DNA from: Sphaerochaeta pleomorpha str. Grapes
GTDB lineage: Bacteria; Spirochaetota; Spirochaetia; Sphaerochaetales; Sphaerochaetaceae
Direction: 5' to 3'
DNA length: 24,000 nucleotides
Assembly (NCBI RefSeq): GCF_000236685.1
Contig: NC_016633.1
Coordinates: 3,143,815 to 3,167,814 of the forward strand
Made by a program: the position numbers and the translations under genes. This document shows positions 23,654 to 24,000 of this stretch, in pieces. The notes beneath the pieces are model-generated. The model did not search any database. It had not been told where the DNA came from and was given only the letters and a program-made list of their open reading frames with translations. Positions within the stretch are counted from its first letter, which is position 1; the number at the start of each line of letters is the position of its first letter.

Positions 23654-24000
23654 TAATTGCCCAGCCAAGGTAACTATCTGCAAGAAAGCGACCTGTGCAA
23701 GCAATGATTGCAAATATGCACCTAAAGAAGGTAAGGGTCCCGGCAAAAATAATCCTCTGCTAAATGGGCAATACCAGACTCGATAAAATGGGATTTCAGC
23801 AACTGACTTGGCAGCTAGTACGTTACCCTGATGTATTGATTTGGTTTTGGATTCTTTTTTCTTAGGAGGCTTCTACTGATCAGTAAAAATGATTTATTTA
23901 GCCTAAGTATGCCCTGATTATGTCGATGATTCCTGAAAAAGCCAATAGTTTGAACGCTATGTTCCACATGACCAGAAATATCAAGAAGTTAAGAATGCGC

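Noticed and set aside
23874-23885. Perfect 12-bp palindrome TACTGATCAGTA followed by AAAAT
   Set aside because: It has no loop and no flanking U-tract in the orientation needed for a terminator. It could be chance or a restriction-type site, and I attach no functional claim to it.
23898-24000. Possible 3' end of a minus-strand membrane-protein gene (...RILNFLIFLVMWNIAFKLLAFSGIIDIIRAYLG*) entering from the right edge
   Set aside because: Only 33 codons are visible. It is hydrophobic and open to the window edge, but no family assignment is possible.
1-24000. Scan for CRISPR arrays, tRNA/rRNA genes, and defence-system hallmarks such as nucleases, methyltransferases, reverse transcriptases and toxin-antitoxin pairs
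   Set aside because: I saw no regularly spaced direct repeats, no cloverleaf-like or rRNA-like segments, and none of those protein motifs in any frame. The unusual content of this window is signalling-related rather than defence-related.

Overview
The window has four blocks. No tRNA, rRNA or CRISPR array was seen. All calls rest on reading motifs by eye, with no database search, so family names are motif-level and identity figures are estimates.
(1) 133-6449, minus strand: a tightly packed run of eight genes. They are a TVP38/DedA-like membrane protein, phosphatidylserine synthase, a GT4 glycosyltransferase, phosphatidylserine decarboxylase, a small degenerate membrane ORF, an OmpR-type response regulator, its histidine kinase, and a GNAT acetyltransferase.
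(2) 6545-6988: a decayed IS30-like transposase N-terminal remnant in the gap between blocks 1 and 3.
(3) 7140-16578, plus strand: a signalling array and the most unusual part of the window. An orphan lipoprotein solute-binding protein overlaps the start of a large hybrid histidine kinase (HisKA-HATPase-REC-REC-HPt). Two tandem REC-HD-GYP response regulators follow. Next comes a short inserted segment carrying a Mor/CD3324-like HTH gene with its own strong terminator. After that is a chimeric ORF, a VOC/glyoxalase N-terminal fragment fused to the C-terminal remnant of a second hybrid kinase. A third REC-HD-GYP regulator closes the array.
(4) 16686-23653: rsgA on the minus strand, then a TetR-regulated efflux cluster like E. 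coli CecR-YbhGFSR (HlyD adaptor, two separate ABC ATPases, two ABC-2 permeases).
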